This document shows positions 39,801-49,181 of a stretch of DNA of 64,000 nucleotides, piece after piece. A program made the translations under genes and the position numbers. The notes under the pieces are model-generated. The model worked only from the letters and a program-made list of their open reading frames with translations. It was not told where the DNA came from and did no database searches. The stretch lies in the NCBI GenBank assembly GCA_963765495.1, contig CAVXWP010000010.1, positions 105,682 through 169,681 on the forward strand. Reading direction: 5' to 3'. Within the stretch, counting starts at the first letter, position 1. Each line of letters begins with the position of its first letter. The DNA is from Blastocatellia bacterium. GTDB lineage: Bacteria > Acidobacteriota > Blastocatellia > UBA7656.

Positions 39801-41257
39801 TCCGCACGCGCATCGCAGCCGAATTTCTGACCAATCTGTGGATGATCGTTCTACCCGATTACTCGCGCACCAGCAGAGCAGGCGAGTTGTACGAACGGGA
39901 AATCTTCTCCCGGATAGACGATGGAGAAGGCAACAAGCCGCGATGGCTAAACCAGTTGAGTATAGCCCCGCTCGGCGAGACCGAAAATTTCTCTCCCAAA
40001 TCGCATAACTGGAAACGCGCTGCGAAGGTGCCGATCCTGATTCTCAATGCCACAACGCTCAACACAGGGCATAACTGGCAGTTTACAACTACGTGGATGG
40101 GCGAACCGCCCGCCTATATCGACAGCGAAATAGATGGGAACGACTATCTGCGGCGTATGTATTACTGGGAGGCCCCAAAACGCCACAGGCAAATCCGCCT
40201 CGGCCAGGCGGTTGCCGCCTCGGCCTGCGTGCCGGGCATCTTCGAACCGCTTGTGCTCAAAGACCTCTACCCGGACAGGGTCGTGCGGCTGGTTGACGGC
40301 GGCGTGTGCGACAATCAGGGAGCATTCGGATTGCTTGAGCAGGATTGCACGGTCATGATGATCAGCGATGCGAGCGGGCAGATGTCATCACAGGAAGACC
40401 CGGCAAGCGGGGTCATAGGTCCGCTAAAAAGGTCGAACACGATCTTGCAGTCACGAGTGCGCGAGGCGCAGCACGGCGAACTGCTTGCCCGATGGCGGTC
40501 ATCGCTGCTTCGCGGGTTTATGTTCGTGCATCTGAAGGAAGACCTGAGCGTTGATCCCGTCGATTGGGTCGATTGTCGCGACCCTCATAATGCCCTTGAG
40601 GATGACGCATTTCCGGCTGCTCGAAAAGGGATATTGACCAGGTACGGGATTGCAAAGGAACTGCAAGAGAGCCTTGCCAAAGTCAGGACCGATCTCGACT
40701 CGTTCTCAGATGTTGAGTCTTACTCTTTGATGACGAGCGCATATCGCATGACAGATTACGCGTTCAAGCAATCAGAGAGTCTCAAGAATTTCCCTGGTCA
40801 AGCAGGCAATGAAATGTGGGATTTTCTAAAGATCGAACGGTCGATGGTTGGCATCGGAGCGGGTTACAGTAGAGTGAAAAAACTCCTCGGGTTGAGCAGC
40901 AGTCTGGCTTTCAAGGTCTGGAAAGGCTCTCCTATCGTGACGGCTGTCGCTATAGTTTTCCTGCTTTCGATGATCGCTTTTGCCCTGTGGGGCTATATGA
41001 ACATAAGCCTTGTCCGGTCAATCATCAATTGGAGTGGTGTAGTGCTGGCAATCACGGCCCTGCTCACGACCATCTTTACCATAGTCAGCAAAGTAATAGT
41101 GGGCGGAATGCGCTGGCGGGCAATCCTATCGCCAATTGTTTTGGGCACTCTGATGATTTCGATAGGGTGGATTCTTATGCGTCTTCATCTGTTGATCTTC
41201 GACAAAATATTTCTGAGGCGCGGGAGCATGCAGAAGATCGAGCGCCAGACCGATTGA
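36863..41257 (+). CDS. Multidomain protein: KGGTGR ParA/MinD-like NTPase, STAND-type helical region, TPR-S-like region, patatin phospholipase, three TM helices
   Basis: TFYSYKGGTGRS, IDWDLEAPG, LIDSRTG; WKELQTWIDHDREFLLW...EKEYINAS; ETLGLVGAIYKRKW...YTGINAA; GLALSGGGFRA, SCVSGG, VDGGVCDN; hydrophobic C-terminal helices. ATG overlaps the upstream TAA. Confidence 0.85.
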   Translation: MDANEFSDTAQEENRNGKIITFYSYKGGTGRSMILANVAWVMASSGKRVLTIDWDLEAPGLHRYFYPFLLDKDLNSSEGVINFFHIYKMRALTPPASGAATGENWHQEYADIRQYAVSLDWKFPQGGRLDFVPAGKQDETYSNLVNSFNWEDFYTRLGGNKYLEAVAAQMSKNYDYILIDSRTGVSDTSGICTVKLPDALVVCFTLNYQSINGASSVADYVYKARGPAALEQTQTPTETRSNRVENGKPLFNIFPLPMRLEDAQKRKMERRRDYARLKRFAPYPIYIHEGTREDYWARVPVQYDSYYAYEEVLAAFGEKERDITSLLASVERITAYLTNGEVTSLSVLPQPKREEILKEFEGDTYEPPATEPTTSKAAENAFASLGPEDQDMARKVILRLVRVAGPNESEHVRQVVNLNEFDRSEKPLIRTLGNFQLLNSYTDKNAGEEVVQIAQDVSLQDWKELQTWIDHDREFLLWLQRLRSQATEWKQRQRDESLLLGGAPLQVARDRLADRSKDLSSLEKEYINASIAFDERLMIEREKERQEQQRKLEAEQIAAANEKRKRYEQEQQSGWLKNLLERFNFSTPPAPEEPGESLNIVTARQVLRGTRLGPGEMLALAKRLKEEKAFSYARRVLASARARGGLDQDKDLKLKIYQQSALCTYKDTDLPADKRLDLALKILREVEDISTTRDQETLGLVGAIYKRKWEVDNQKQQLESSLMYYQRGYQEGPEKDQGYTGINAAFILDLLAYQEEEESRRANKDSDTARSRRAEARRIRESIVQRVAPLAGQSGTEWLAEMWWYYSTVAEAFFGLRRYGEAVQWLNRGRNAIGNIPEWEYEATIRQLVHLARLQSDTDYSSKEFENTEAWRALREFFGDDVAPLRSAFLGKIGLALSGGGFRASLFHIGVLARLADLDLLRHVEVLSCVSGGAIIGAHYYLEVRKLLQSKPDREITREDYIEMIARIKDSFLRGVQRNIRTRIAAEFLTNLWMIVLPDYSRTSRAGELYEREIFSRIDDGEGNKPRWLNQLSIAPLGETENFSPKSHNWKRAAKVPILILNATTLNTGHNWQFTTTWMGEPPAYIDSEIDGNDYLRRMYYWEAPKRHRQIRLGQAVAASACVPGIFEPLVLKDLYPDRVVRLVDGGVCDNQGAFGLLEQDCTVMMISDASGQMSSQEDPASGVIGPLKRSNTILQSRVREAQHGELLARWRSSLLRGFMFVHLKEDLSVDPVDWVDCRDPHNALEDDAFPAARKGILTRYGIAKELQESLAKVRTDLDSFSDVESYSLMTSAYRMTDYAFKQSESLKNFPGQAGNEMWDFLKIERSMVGIGAGYSRVKKLLGLSSSLAFKVWKGSPIVTAVAIVFLLSMIAFALWGYMNISLVRSIINWSGVVLAITALLTTIFTIVSKVIVGGMRWRAILSPIVLGTLMISIGWILMRLHLLIFDKIFLRRGSMQKIERQTD

Positions 41258-41262
41258 ACCAT

Positions 41263-41559
41263 TTATTGATAAGGGTGGAACCATCCTCGTGTGAAGTAAT
41301 CGCTCAGGGTCAGGGTGATCATAATCGCCAGCCAGAAGATACCTGCCGCGACTATTACTTTCGTAAGCCGCGAACTGTATCGCACGTGCATGAAATAGAG
41401 AACCACAAGCAGCGCCTTGACGACCGCGATAGTCAGGGCAAGGACGACATTCATACGTCCGAGATCCATAAATGCCACGGCTACGGTCAGCCCCGTAAAA
41501 AACATCAACGAGATGAATACTGCAAAATAAACTTTAAGGGAAACAATATGCTCTGACAT
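41263..41559 (-). CDS. ctaF: Cytochrome c oxidase subunit IV (copy 2)
   Basis: Start MSEHIVS; AVVKALLVVLYFMHVRY. Confidence 0.9.
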   Translation of the reverse strand: MSEHIVSLKVYFAVFISLMFFTGLTVAVAFMDLGRMNVVLALTIAVVKALLVVLYFMHVRYSSRLTKVIVAAGIFWLAIMITLTLSDYFTRGWFHPYQ

Positions 41560-41570
41560 GATTCTTTCCT

Positions 41571-42308
41571 TCAATGCAAGGTATGCCGACCCAACAGGTA
41601 CAGGAGTGGAAACAGAAAAATCCACACGATGTCAACAAAGTGCCAGTAAAGCCCCGAAAGCTCAACGGGCGAGTGATATTCGGGAGTGAAGCGCCCTTTA
41701 CTTGCCATGTAAAGCAGCACAGACATCACGCCCAGACCGATGATCATATGCAGCGCGTGGAGCCCCGTCATCGCAAAGTAAATCCAGAAGAACATCTGCA
41801 CCTTGTTTGTATCGAGCGGTGCCGTTTTCGCTCCTTCGGCGGCGGCGGCACCTTCGTGCCCGCCTTTCGTCTCTTCTTCAAAGTGGAAGCTCTGGCCGGG
41901 GAAATGGTGATGATCAAACTTTTCCTTGTATTCGACCGCCTTTATTCCCAGAAAGACGAGGCCGAAAAACATGGTCGCGACCAGAAATCCCATCAGCATC
42001 CGGCGATTGCCCGTTTGAGAGCCATAGACCGCCAGCGCCATAGTCAGGCTGCTACAGATGAGCACCCCCGTGTTGATCGCGCCAAGCGTCACATCGAGCG
42101 AGTTACTTGCCACCGAGAACTCTTTGGCATAGAGCGAGCGATAGAGCGTATAGGCCAGAAACATACCGCCAAAGAACATTATTTCGGTGATAAGGAATAC
42201 CCACATTCCAAGGGTTCCGGCCTCGCGCTGCTGCTCCATATTATCGAAATGGTGGGCCAGCCCCGCGCTATGCGCCTCTTCATGAGTTACTGTGTGAGTG
42301 TCAGCCAA
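41571..42308 (-). CDS. ctaE: Cytochrome c oxidase subunit III (copy 2)
   Basis: [28 protein letters not shown]. Confidence 0.95.
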   Translation of the reverse strand: MADTHTVTHEEAHSAGLAHHFDNMEQQREAGTLGMWVFLITEIMFFGGMFLAYTLYRSLYAKEFSVASNSLDVTLGAINTGVLICSSLTMALAVYGSQTGNRRMLMGFLVATMFFGLVFLGIKAVEYKEKFDHHHFPGQSFHFEEETKGGHEGAAAAEGAKTAPLDTNKVQMFFWIYFAMTGLHALHMIIGLGVMSVLLYMASKGRFTPEYHSPVELSGLYWHFVDIVWIFLFPLLYLLGRHTLH

Positions 42309-42329
42309 AGCAGCTCTCCTCTCATCAGA

Positions 42330-43970
42330 CTAAAACTCTCCAACGATCTCTGCCTGTTCGCGCGGACGGAATTCATATGCGTTCCACGTCACGACAGGCG
42401 TAACTTCAAAGTTATGCGTGGGCGGCGGCGAAGAGGTTCGCCACTCAAGCCCGGTTGACGGCCAGGGGTTGGCGCTCGCGATGGGGCCGTATCTCATCGA
42501 CCATACGAAATAGACCATTGGCAACAGATAGCCCACCGCCAGTATCGAAGCCCCGGCCGATGACATCACGTTCAGGACTTGAAATTCGGGCGGATAGGCG
42601 TGATAGCGGCGCGGCATCCCCATATAGCCCAGCAGGAACTGCGGGAAGAAGGTCAGATTGAAACCGAGGAATATGATCAGGGCTCCGAGCTTGGCCCATC
42701 CTTCGGGGTACATCCGCCCGCTTATCTTCGGCCACCAGTAATGCATTCCGCCGAGATAGCCCATTATCGCGCCGCCCACCATAATGTAATGGAAATGCGC
42801 GACCACGAAATATGTGTCCGTCACGTGGACATCCATCCCGAGGGCCGCCAGAAACAATCCCGTCAGCCCGCCTATCGTAAACAGACCGATAAAGCCAAAT
42901 GCATAAAGCATCGGAGTCTGGTAGGAAAGCGAGCTTCGATAGAGCGTGGCCGTCCAGTTAAAGACCTTGACCGCAGACGGGATAGCCACCGCAAAGCTCA
43001 GGAAAGAGAATATCATCCCGGCGTAAATTGACTGGCTGCTGACAAACATGTGATGTCCCCAGACCAGAAATCCGAATACCGCGATGGCTATGCTCGAAAA
43101 GGCTATGAACCTGTAGCCGAAGATATTCTTCCGGCTGAAGGTGGCTACAAGCTCGCTGACCACACCCATAGAAGGCAGGATCATGATGTATACGGCCGGG
43201 TGGGAATAGAACCAGAACATGTGCTGAAAAAGGACCGGGTCTCCGCCCAAGGCCGGGTCGAATATGCCTACGTGGACAAGACGCTCAAATGCCAGAAGCA
43301 GTATGGTGATCGCAATCACGGGGGTTCCGAGCACCTGAATCAAACTCGTCGCGTAATGCGCCCAGACGAAAAGCGGCAACCTCATCCAGCCAAGTCCAGG
43401 CGCTCGCATGGTGTGGATCGTGACTATGAAATTCAATCCCGTAAGTATCGACGAAAACCCCGTTATGAAGATGCCCACGGCGGTCGCCATAACATAGGTA
43501 TTTGTGTAGTTGGTACTGAGCGGCGCATAGAAGGTCCAGCCCGTGTCAACGCCTCCGCTGATGATCGCGTAGAGAGATATGGTCGCGCCGACGATGTACA
43601 CGTACCAGCTCAACAGATTCAACCTGGGAAAGGCTACGTCTTTGGCTCCGATCATCAGAGGGATCAGAAAATTTCCGAGCACGGCCGGTATCGAGGGGAT
43701 CAGAAAGAAGAAGATCATCACAACGCCGTGCATGGTAAAGAGCTTGTTGTAAGTCTCTGAGGAAACCAGATCGCCCTGCGGAGTGGCAAGCTCTAATCTT
43801 ATGACGGTGGCGAATGCGCCGCCGAGAAAGAAGAAGAGGGTAATTGATATGAGGTAGAGCAGCCCGATACGCTTGTGGTCGGTCGTCAACAACCACGATT
43901 TCACGCCGTAGGCGGCATTCAGATAATGCGTTCGAGGTGCTACTGGAATTGCGGGCGCTGTCTCAATCAT
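42330..43970 (-). CDS. ctaD: Cytochrome c oxidase subunit I, A2 type (copy 2)
   Basis: [28 protein letters not shown]. Confidence 0.97.
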   Translation of the reverse strand: MIETAPAIPVAPRTHYLNAAYGVKSWLLTTDHKRIGLLYLISITLFFFLGGAFATVIRLELATPQGDLVSSETYNKLFTMHGVVMIFFFLIPSIPAVLGNFLIPLMIGAKDVAFPRLNLLSWYVYIVGATISLYAIISGGVDTGWTFYAPLSTNYTNTYVMATAVGIFITGFSSILTGLNFIVTIHTMRAPGLGWMRLPLFVWAHYATSLIQVLGTPVIAITILLLAFERLVHVGIFDPALGGDPVLFQHMFWFYSHPAVYIMILPSMGVVSELVATFSRKNIFGYRFIAFSSIAIAVFGFLVWGHHMFVSSQSIYAGMIFSFLSFAVAIPSAVKVFNWTATLYRSSLSYQTPMLYAFGFIGLFTIGGLTGLFLAALGMDVHVTDTYFVVAHFHYIMVGGAIMGYLGGMHYWWPKISGRMYPEGWAKLGALIIFLGFNLTFFPQFLLGYMGMPRRYHAYPPEFQVLNVMSSAGASILAVGYLLPMVYFVWSMRYGPIASANPWPSTGLEWRTSSPPPTHNFEVTPVVTWNAYEFRPREQAEIVGEF

Positions 43971-43982
43971 GGTTATTATTCC

Positions 43983-45023
43983 TTATTGCTGAGTGTTTCG
44001 ATTCGCCCCCGAAGGCGTGACAACCGGATTCGATCCCGGCGGATTCTGCGGATTTGTCATAGAGGGAGCCGCCTCTGTCCCGGCAGGCTTCTCGCCCAGA
44101 GATTTGATATAGGCGATCAACTGTAACAACTGATCTTCGCTCACCTGTCCCTGGAAGGTAGGCATAATCGAAGGCTGCGCGAAACCGGCCACGATCTTCG
44201 CCTGCGAGTTTAGTATCGATTCACGCAGGTAATTTTCGTCGGCGATAACGGTCTGTCCATTCGAGAGCGCCGTGGGCTTTCCGAAAAGATTTGTCAGCAC
44301 AGGCCCGCGCCCCAGCCCGTCCGCCCGATGGCAGGTAACACAGGCCAGGTCCTGAAACAGCTTCTCACCCGAAGATGCGAGCGACCCGCCGACCGTCCCG
44401 CCCGAAAGCCAGGTCTCGTAATCGGCGGGCTCCATCACATAAATCCAGCCGATCATAGCCGAGTGGTTGGTTCCACAGTACTCCGCGCAGAACAGATGAT
44501 ACTTGCCCGCTTTCGTAGGCTCGAACCACAGCGAAGTGTACCGGCCTGGCACGACATCGGCCTTGACTCGAAACGCGGGGACGAAGAACGAATGAATAAC
44601 GTCTTCGGTCGTCATAACGAGTTTGATCTTCTGACCTACGGGCACGTGAAGCTCGTTTATCTCCATCTGCCCGCCCATGTGCTGTAGTTTCCACATCCAC
44701 TGCTTGCCGATCACATAAACTTCGGTCGCATTTGTGGGCATGCGGTACATGCTGTAATAGATTTTCGCGCCCCAGCCAAATATGACCATAGAGATGATAA
44801 AAGGGATGACGATCCACACGGCCTCAAGCCTCATCGCGCCGCGAACCGGGCGCGGGATCTCGTCGGGCGACTTGCGGCGATACTTGATTGCGAAGACGAT
44901 TTCAAGTCCGGCGATCACTACTACAAAAAAGATGGTTATCCCGACCAGGAAGAAATAGAGATCGTCTACTTGCCCCGCAAGCGTGGAAGCCTTTTCTGGC
45001 AAAAACGGTATCCAGTTTTCCAT
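43983..45023 (-). CDS. ctaC: caa3-type cytochrome c oxidase subunit II (copy 2)
   Basis: [23 protein letters not shown]. Confidence 0.96.
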   Translation of the reverse strand: MENWIPFLPEKASTLAGQVDDLYFFLVGITIFFVVVIAGLEIVFAIKYRRKSPDEIPRPVRGAMRLEAVWIVIPFIISMVIFGWGAKIYYSMYRMPTNATEVYVIGKQWMWKLQHMGGQMEINELHVPVGQKIKLVMTTEDVIHSFFVPAFRVKADVVPGRYTSLWFEPTKAGKYHLFCAEYCGTNHSAMIGWIYVMEPADYETWLSGGTVGGSLASSGEKLFQDLACVTCHRADGLGRGPVLTNLFGKPTALSNGQTVIADENYLRESILNSQAKIVAGFAQPSIMPTFQGQVSEDQLLQLIAYIKSLGEKPAGTEAAPSMTNPQNPPGSNPVVTPSGANRNTQQ

Positions 45024-45026
45024 AAC

Positions 45027-45902
45027 CTAAGCGGTCCCTCCTATATCGGCCTGCTCGCCGCCGGTAACGCGCCGCTTGAGCAGCAAGATCATACCCGCAA
45101 TTATGATGAGAGTGATTACGCCGCCCACTCGAAGCATATTCATTACCACCGCTCCGTATTTGCCCGTCGCCGGGTCGTAGTGATAGCAGTAAAGCAACAA
45201 CGCGTCTACGGGCGAGCCTATGCGGCTTTCCGAAGCTTCGACCAGACCGAGCCGCACATCCTTTGGCGCGTAATCAATCCCGTAAAAGTAGCGCGCAAGC
45301 TTTCCTTCGGGCGTGGCGATCATGATGCCGCTCGCGTGGGCAAACTGATTTATCTGCGGATCGAATTCATAGTGAAAGCCTATCGCTTTTGTGAAGGCGT
45401 CAATCGCCGCCTGATCTCCGGTTAGAAAATGCCAGCCCTGTCCGCCGCCGTCGTGTTTGTAGCGCGCAAGAATCTCTTGCTTCTTGGCCGCCGCGTCTTC
45501 GGGCAATTCTCGCGGATCGAAGCTGACCGCCAGAACATCGAAATCCTTGCCCGCGTCGAACGAGAGTATGTTGAGGCTGCTTGAAAGCCCGTTCAACACC
45601 TGATTACAAAGCATAGGGCATTTGTAATAGACCGGCGCAAGTATAACGGGCTTTTCGCCGAAATACTTTCTGAGAGTCACGTTCTCGCCGTTCTCATCGC
45701 GAAAGACGAGGTCGAGCGGCAATTGCCCGTCGAGGTTCTGATCAATGCCTACGCTCCGCAATTTCTGAGGCAACCCCTGTTGCAATTGAACATCCGTGGG
45801 CGGGCGCTGGCCGTAGGCCGTCACCGCCGACAAAAGAGTGAAAGCTATAAATCCAATTATGAGTCTTGATGACTTCTGCCTGACTGATTTTTTACTGCTC
45901 AC
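45027..45902 (-). CDS. SCO family protein (copy 2)
   Basis: YYKCPMLC, QFAHASG. Confidence 0.92.
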   Translation of the reverse strand: MSSKKSVRQKSSRLIIGFIAFTLLSAVTAYGQRPPTDVQLQQGLPQKLRSVGIDQNLDGQLPLDLVFRDENGENVTLRKYFGEKPVILAPVYYKCPMLCNQVLNGLSSSLNILSFDAGKDFDVLAVSFDPRELPEDAAAKKQEILARYKHDGGGQGWHFLTGDQAAIDAFTKAIGFHYEFDPQINQFAHASGIMIATPEGKLARYFYGIDYAPKDVRLGLVEASESRIGSPVDALLLYCYHYDPATGKYGAVVMNMLRVGGVITLIIIAGMILLLKRRVTGGEQADIGGTA

Positions 45903-46033
45903 TGCTGATTCCCTTCTTTCAAGCCCATTCCAAATCTGTGCAGGTGAAACAGGCCAGGACGGACGCGGATCGGGCGGATTTACGCGGATCTGATCATAGA
46001 AGCCTCCGTTCTCGTTAATCCGCCGTGTTGATT

Positions 46034-46564
46034 CTATTGCTGATGCCCCGCGCCAGCCTCCTTTGTCATTTGCGGTTTCTCCGCCTGATTGTTTTCCGGT
46101 TCGGTTTTGGCCGCCTGCTGTCTGAATGGCAGTCCCTTCTCCAATAATTTTTCTTTGGCCGTCTCTATGGGCATTCTAACGACGCCCGCGCTTTGATCAA
46201 CCCAGCCCCAGTTTTCAAGCTGGGCATCTTCGTCGCGCTTGAACTGCTGATACTCAAGCGCCGGATTTTTCAACGCAGCCTTGCTGCCGGGAGCACCCTG
46301 CAAAATAGGCCCCGGCGGGCCTTTCGGCTGATCGGATGTAACGAGCGTGGCGGGTGGCTCCTGACTCTCTTTCTCGGCTACCTGGTGCTCGAGGAATCTG
46401 TAGAGCCCCCACATCAACGCGCAAACAAGAGCCGTGGCGACGGCGAGCGTAACGGCGAAGGTCACCACCCCTCGAAGATTTACGTCGCTCTTTTCGTGCA
46501 TGACCTCCGGGTTCTCTATGTGAGAAGTGTCCGGCGTCGAGTTTTCTTTATGCGTCTCGTTCAT
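46034..46564 (-). CDS. ActG-like single-TM accessory protein (copy 2)
   Basis: HEKSDVN-TM...WGWVDQSAGVVRMPIETAK; paralog of 13729-14220. Confidence 0.7.
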   Translation of the reverse strand: MNETHKENSTPDTSHIENPEVMHEKSDVNLRGVVTFAVTLAVATALVCALMWGLYRFLEHQVAEKESQEPPATLVTSDQPKGPPGPILQGAPGSKAALKNPALEYQQFKRDEDAQLENWGWVDQSAGVVRMPIETAKEKLLEKGLPFRQQAAKTEPENNQAEKPQMTKEAGAGHQQ

Positions 46565-46587
46565 AATCGAAAGCTTCCTCGATCATT

Positions 46588-47772
46588 TCATTCCGTGGCG
46601 GCAGTCTCCCAGTTCGGATCGTGCAACGGGAGTATGGGCATGCTCTTGAGTTGTCTGAGGTAAAACCAGAGCCAGATGCCGCCCATTCCAGCAAGGACCA
46701 GCACATCCATCAGGAATCCGAGGCCCGGAACCAGTTGATCCGTGTGATGAAATTCGGGCGCGATCATCCAGACCACGTCTATAAATCGCATCACGATCAC
46801 AAGCGCCGCCACCCAGATCAGCGAGCGGGCGTGGCGTTTCAAATCTCTCGACAGCAACATCAAAAACGGCAGGGCGAAATGCAGGAGCACAAGCATCAAT
46901 CCCACCCATTTCCAGCCGCCTTCCAACCGCTTCACATACCACGGGATCTCTTCCGGCAGATTGCCCGCCCAGATTATCAGAAACTGCGAGAACGCGAAGT
47001 AGGCCCACAGCATCACAAATGCAAGCATCAGTTTGCCGAGGTCGTGCAGAGCCCCGGGCTTCAAGTGACTTCGAATAGGCTCATAATCTGAAAGCAACAC
47101 CAGGACGGCGATGACAAAAGAGAGAGCGCTCAGTCCCTGCCCGCCCATTGTCAATATGCCAAAGATGGTCGAGAACCACTCCGGGTCGAGCGACATCACC
47201 CAGTCTATCGAGGCGAAGGTGACGGTCAATCCGTAAAGTACAAGACCCGGCCCGCTCAGTATCTGAAGCCGCCTCTGTATGCGGGGGTCGCCCGTTTCGT
47301 CCTGCAAACGCGACCATTTGTTAAAGATGTAGGTCAGCGTGAGCCAGACGGCGAAGTAAAAGACCGTGCGCCCTATAAAGAACGGGATGTTCAAATACGG
47401 GTGCTTGTATTGCAGGATGGCATTTACTGCGACCGCATCGGGCCGCGCCCATTCATAGAGAAAACGCGCGCCCACGATCACGGGCAGAAAGAGCACGGCA
47501 AGCAGCGGAAGCGTTCGCGTGGCAGATTCCAGAAGACGGCGTATGACGACTCCCCAGTTGCCGCCCGACATCTGATGCAGCATCGCTATGGCGAGGCTGC
47601 CTACCGAGATGCCGGTCAGAAAGAAGAACGACACCAGATATGAAAAGAAGAAGCGCCCCGGATTGAAGACGGCCAGGACTACACTTATGACCAGAGAGAT
47701 TATGCCTATCATAAGAGCGCGCTGCTGAATGCGATCTACTTCGGGAGGAGCCGTGTAAGAGACATCCATCAT
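46588..47772 (-). CDS. actF: Alternative complex III membrane subunit (copy 2)
   Basis: IDWVMSLDPEWFSTI, HDLGKLMLAFVMLWAY. Confidence 0.92.
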   Translation of the reverse strand: MMDVSYTAPPEVDRIQQRALMIGIISLVISVVLAVFNPGRFFFSYLVSFFFLTGISVGSLAIAMLHQMSGGNWGVVIRRLLESATRTLPLLAVLFLPVIVGARFLYEWARPDAVAVNAILQYKHPYLNIPFFIGRTVFYFAVWLTLTYIFNKWSRLQDETGDPRIQRRLQILSGPGLVLYGLTVTFASIDWVMSLDPEWFSTIFGILTMGGQGLSALSFVIAVLVLLSDYEPIRSHLKPGALHDLGKLMLAFVMLWAYFAFSQFLIIWAGNLPEEIPWYVKRLEGGWKWVGLMLVLLHFALPFLMLLSRDLKRHARSLIWVAALVIVMRFIDVVWMIAPEFHHTDQLVPGLGFLMDVLVLAGMGGIWLWFYLRQLKSMPILPLHDPNWETAATE

Positions 47773-48551
47773 TTTTGTTGTCCTCCTTCGCCGAGGTTAT
47801 TGCGCTCATCGGGCGGCACATCCGCGACCGTGGCGTTCTGACTGAGTTGCAGCGCGCGAATATAGGCGATGATCCGCCATCGGTCTTCGGGCGTTATCTG
47901 GGCCGAATAATCGGGCATCGCTCCAAATCCGTTTGTTATCACATCGAAGAAGTATGAGACCTTAGCCTCGCGCAGTCTCTGGATGTGATAAGAAGGCGGG
48001 CGGCGAAATCCGCGTTGAACTATCATGCCGTTTCCGGTTCCCAGCCGGTCGTGGCAGACCGAGCAAAATACATTGAATTGCTGCTCACCACGGTCGAGGT
48101 CTTCTTTCTTTATCTGAAAAGGAAAGATGTCACTCTGCCCTTGTTGAGCCTGAGATTGTTGAGCCTGACATTGTTGAGTCTGCCCTCCACCCGCTTGCGC
48201 CTGCCCGGCAGACCCGGCGGGGGGCACAGGTTGCGGTGGCGTGGGCAGTTGCAACAGACCGGAACTCTGCGCCCTCTGGCCCGCCGCCTTGCCCGTATAA
48301 AGCAGCGAATCCTCTTTCAAGAGGCCGCGCGGCACGGTCCCGGCAACAAGCGGACGGGCCGATCTGCCGTCTTCGAAGAATGTGCTCGTCGCAAGCGGTC
48401 TGTATTTAGGCTGGTCGTGCATGTCCTGGCGGCAACCCGCGCTCAAAAAAGCGAGGGGCATAAGCAGACAGCCAAAGATCAGAAGCGATAAAGAGCGCCT
48501 CGCGGATTTGATCTTTGAAGCTACGGCCTTCACTCGATCAGAATTCGACAT
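47769..48551 (-). CDS. actE: Alternative complex III monoheme cytochrome c lipoprotein (copy 2)
   Basis: SAGCRQDMHDQPKY lipobox; CSVCH; GMIVQRGF. Confidence 0.92.
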   Translation of the reverse strand: MSNSDRVKAVASKIKSARRSLSLLIFGCLLMPLAFLSAGCRQDMHDQPKYRPLATSTFFEDGRSARPLVAGTVPRGLLKEDSLLYTGKAAGQRAQSSGLLQLPTPPQPVPPAGSAGQAQAGGGQTQQCQAQQSQAQQGQSDIFPFQIKKEDLDRGEQQFNVFCSVCHDRLGTGNGMIVQRGFRRPPSYHIQRLREAKVSYFFDVITNGFGAMPDYSAQITPEDRWRIIAYIRALQLSQNATVADVPPDERNNLGEGGQQK

Positions 48552-49074
48552 CGCTCACCTTCCCTCCCAGGCCCTCAAGGAACCTGCCCGTCTCTTTCAC
48601 ATCGAATTTCGGGTCTTTGGATTCGATACACAGAAAGAAGCGGTCGCGGCTGGCCAGCCTGAAATTCTTAGAGTTAAAGACCGGGTGATAAGGCTGCGGC
48701 AGCCCGTTGAGCGCCAGCATCCCAAAGACGGCCGAGAGCGCGGCTATGAGTATGGTCATCTCGAAAGTGATCGGGATAAAAGAGGGCCAGCTATGAAAAG
48801 GGCGACCGCCGACGTTGAGCGGATACTCGATTACCGCAACCCAGTATTGCAGGAAGTAACCGCTCAAACCTCCGACTATACCGCCTATCAGCACGATGAG
48901 CGGAAGCCGCGTATGATGAAAACCTATCGCCTCGCTCAGCTCCTCAATCGGAAACGGCGTAAAGGCATCCATATTGCGATACCCGGCTTCATAGGCCTTG
49001 TGCGCCGCCGCGACTATCGTTCCCGGACTCTCAAATTCGGCTATCAGGCCGTAAACCGAAGGCCGTTGTTTCAT
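48538..49074 (-). CDS. actD: Alternative complex III DUF3341 subunit (copy 2)
   Basis: Likely start MKQRPSVYGLIAEF (49074); GGRPFHSWPSFIPITFEM. Confidence 0.92.
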   Translation of the reverse strand: MKQRPSVYGLIAEFESPGTIVAAAHKAYEAGYRNMDAFTPFPIEELSEAIGFHHTRLPLIVLIGGIVGGLSGYFLQYWVAVIEYPLNVGGRPFHSWPSFIPITFEMTILIAALSAVFGMLALNGLPQPYHPVFNSKNFRLASRDRFFLCIESKDPKFDVKETGRFLEGLGGKVSDVEF

Positions 49075-49084
49075 AACTCTACCT

Positions 49085-49180
49085 CGATGCGTGATGCGTG
49101 ATCCGTGATCCGTGAGATTTGCAATTGACCGGCAAAAGCCATTCGCCTGAAAGTCACGCATCACTCTTCACGCATCACTT
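49085..49180. repeat. Heptamer inverted-repeat element between actC and actD (copy 2)
   Basis: gatgc gtgatgc gtgatcc gtgatcc gtga ... tcacgca tcactct tcacgca tcac. Confidence 0.8.
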
Positions 49181-49181
49181 T

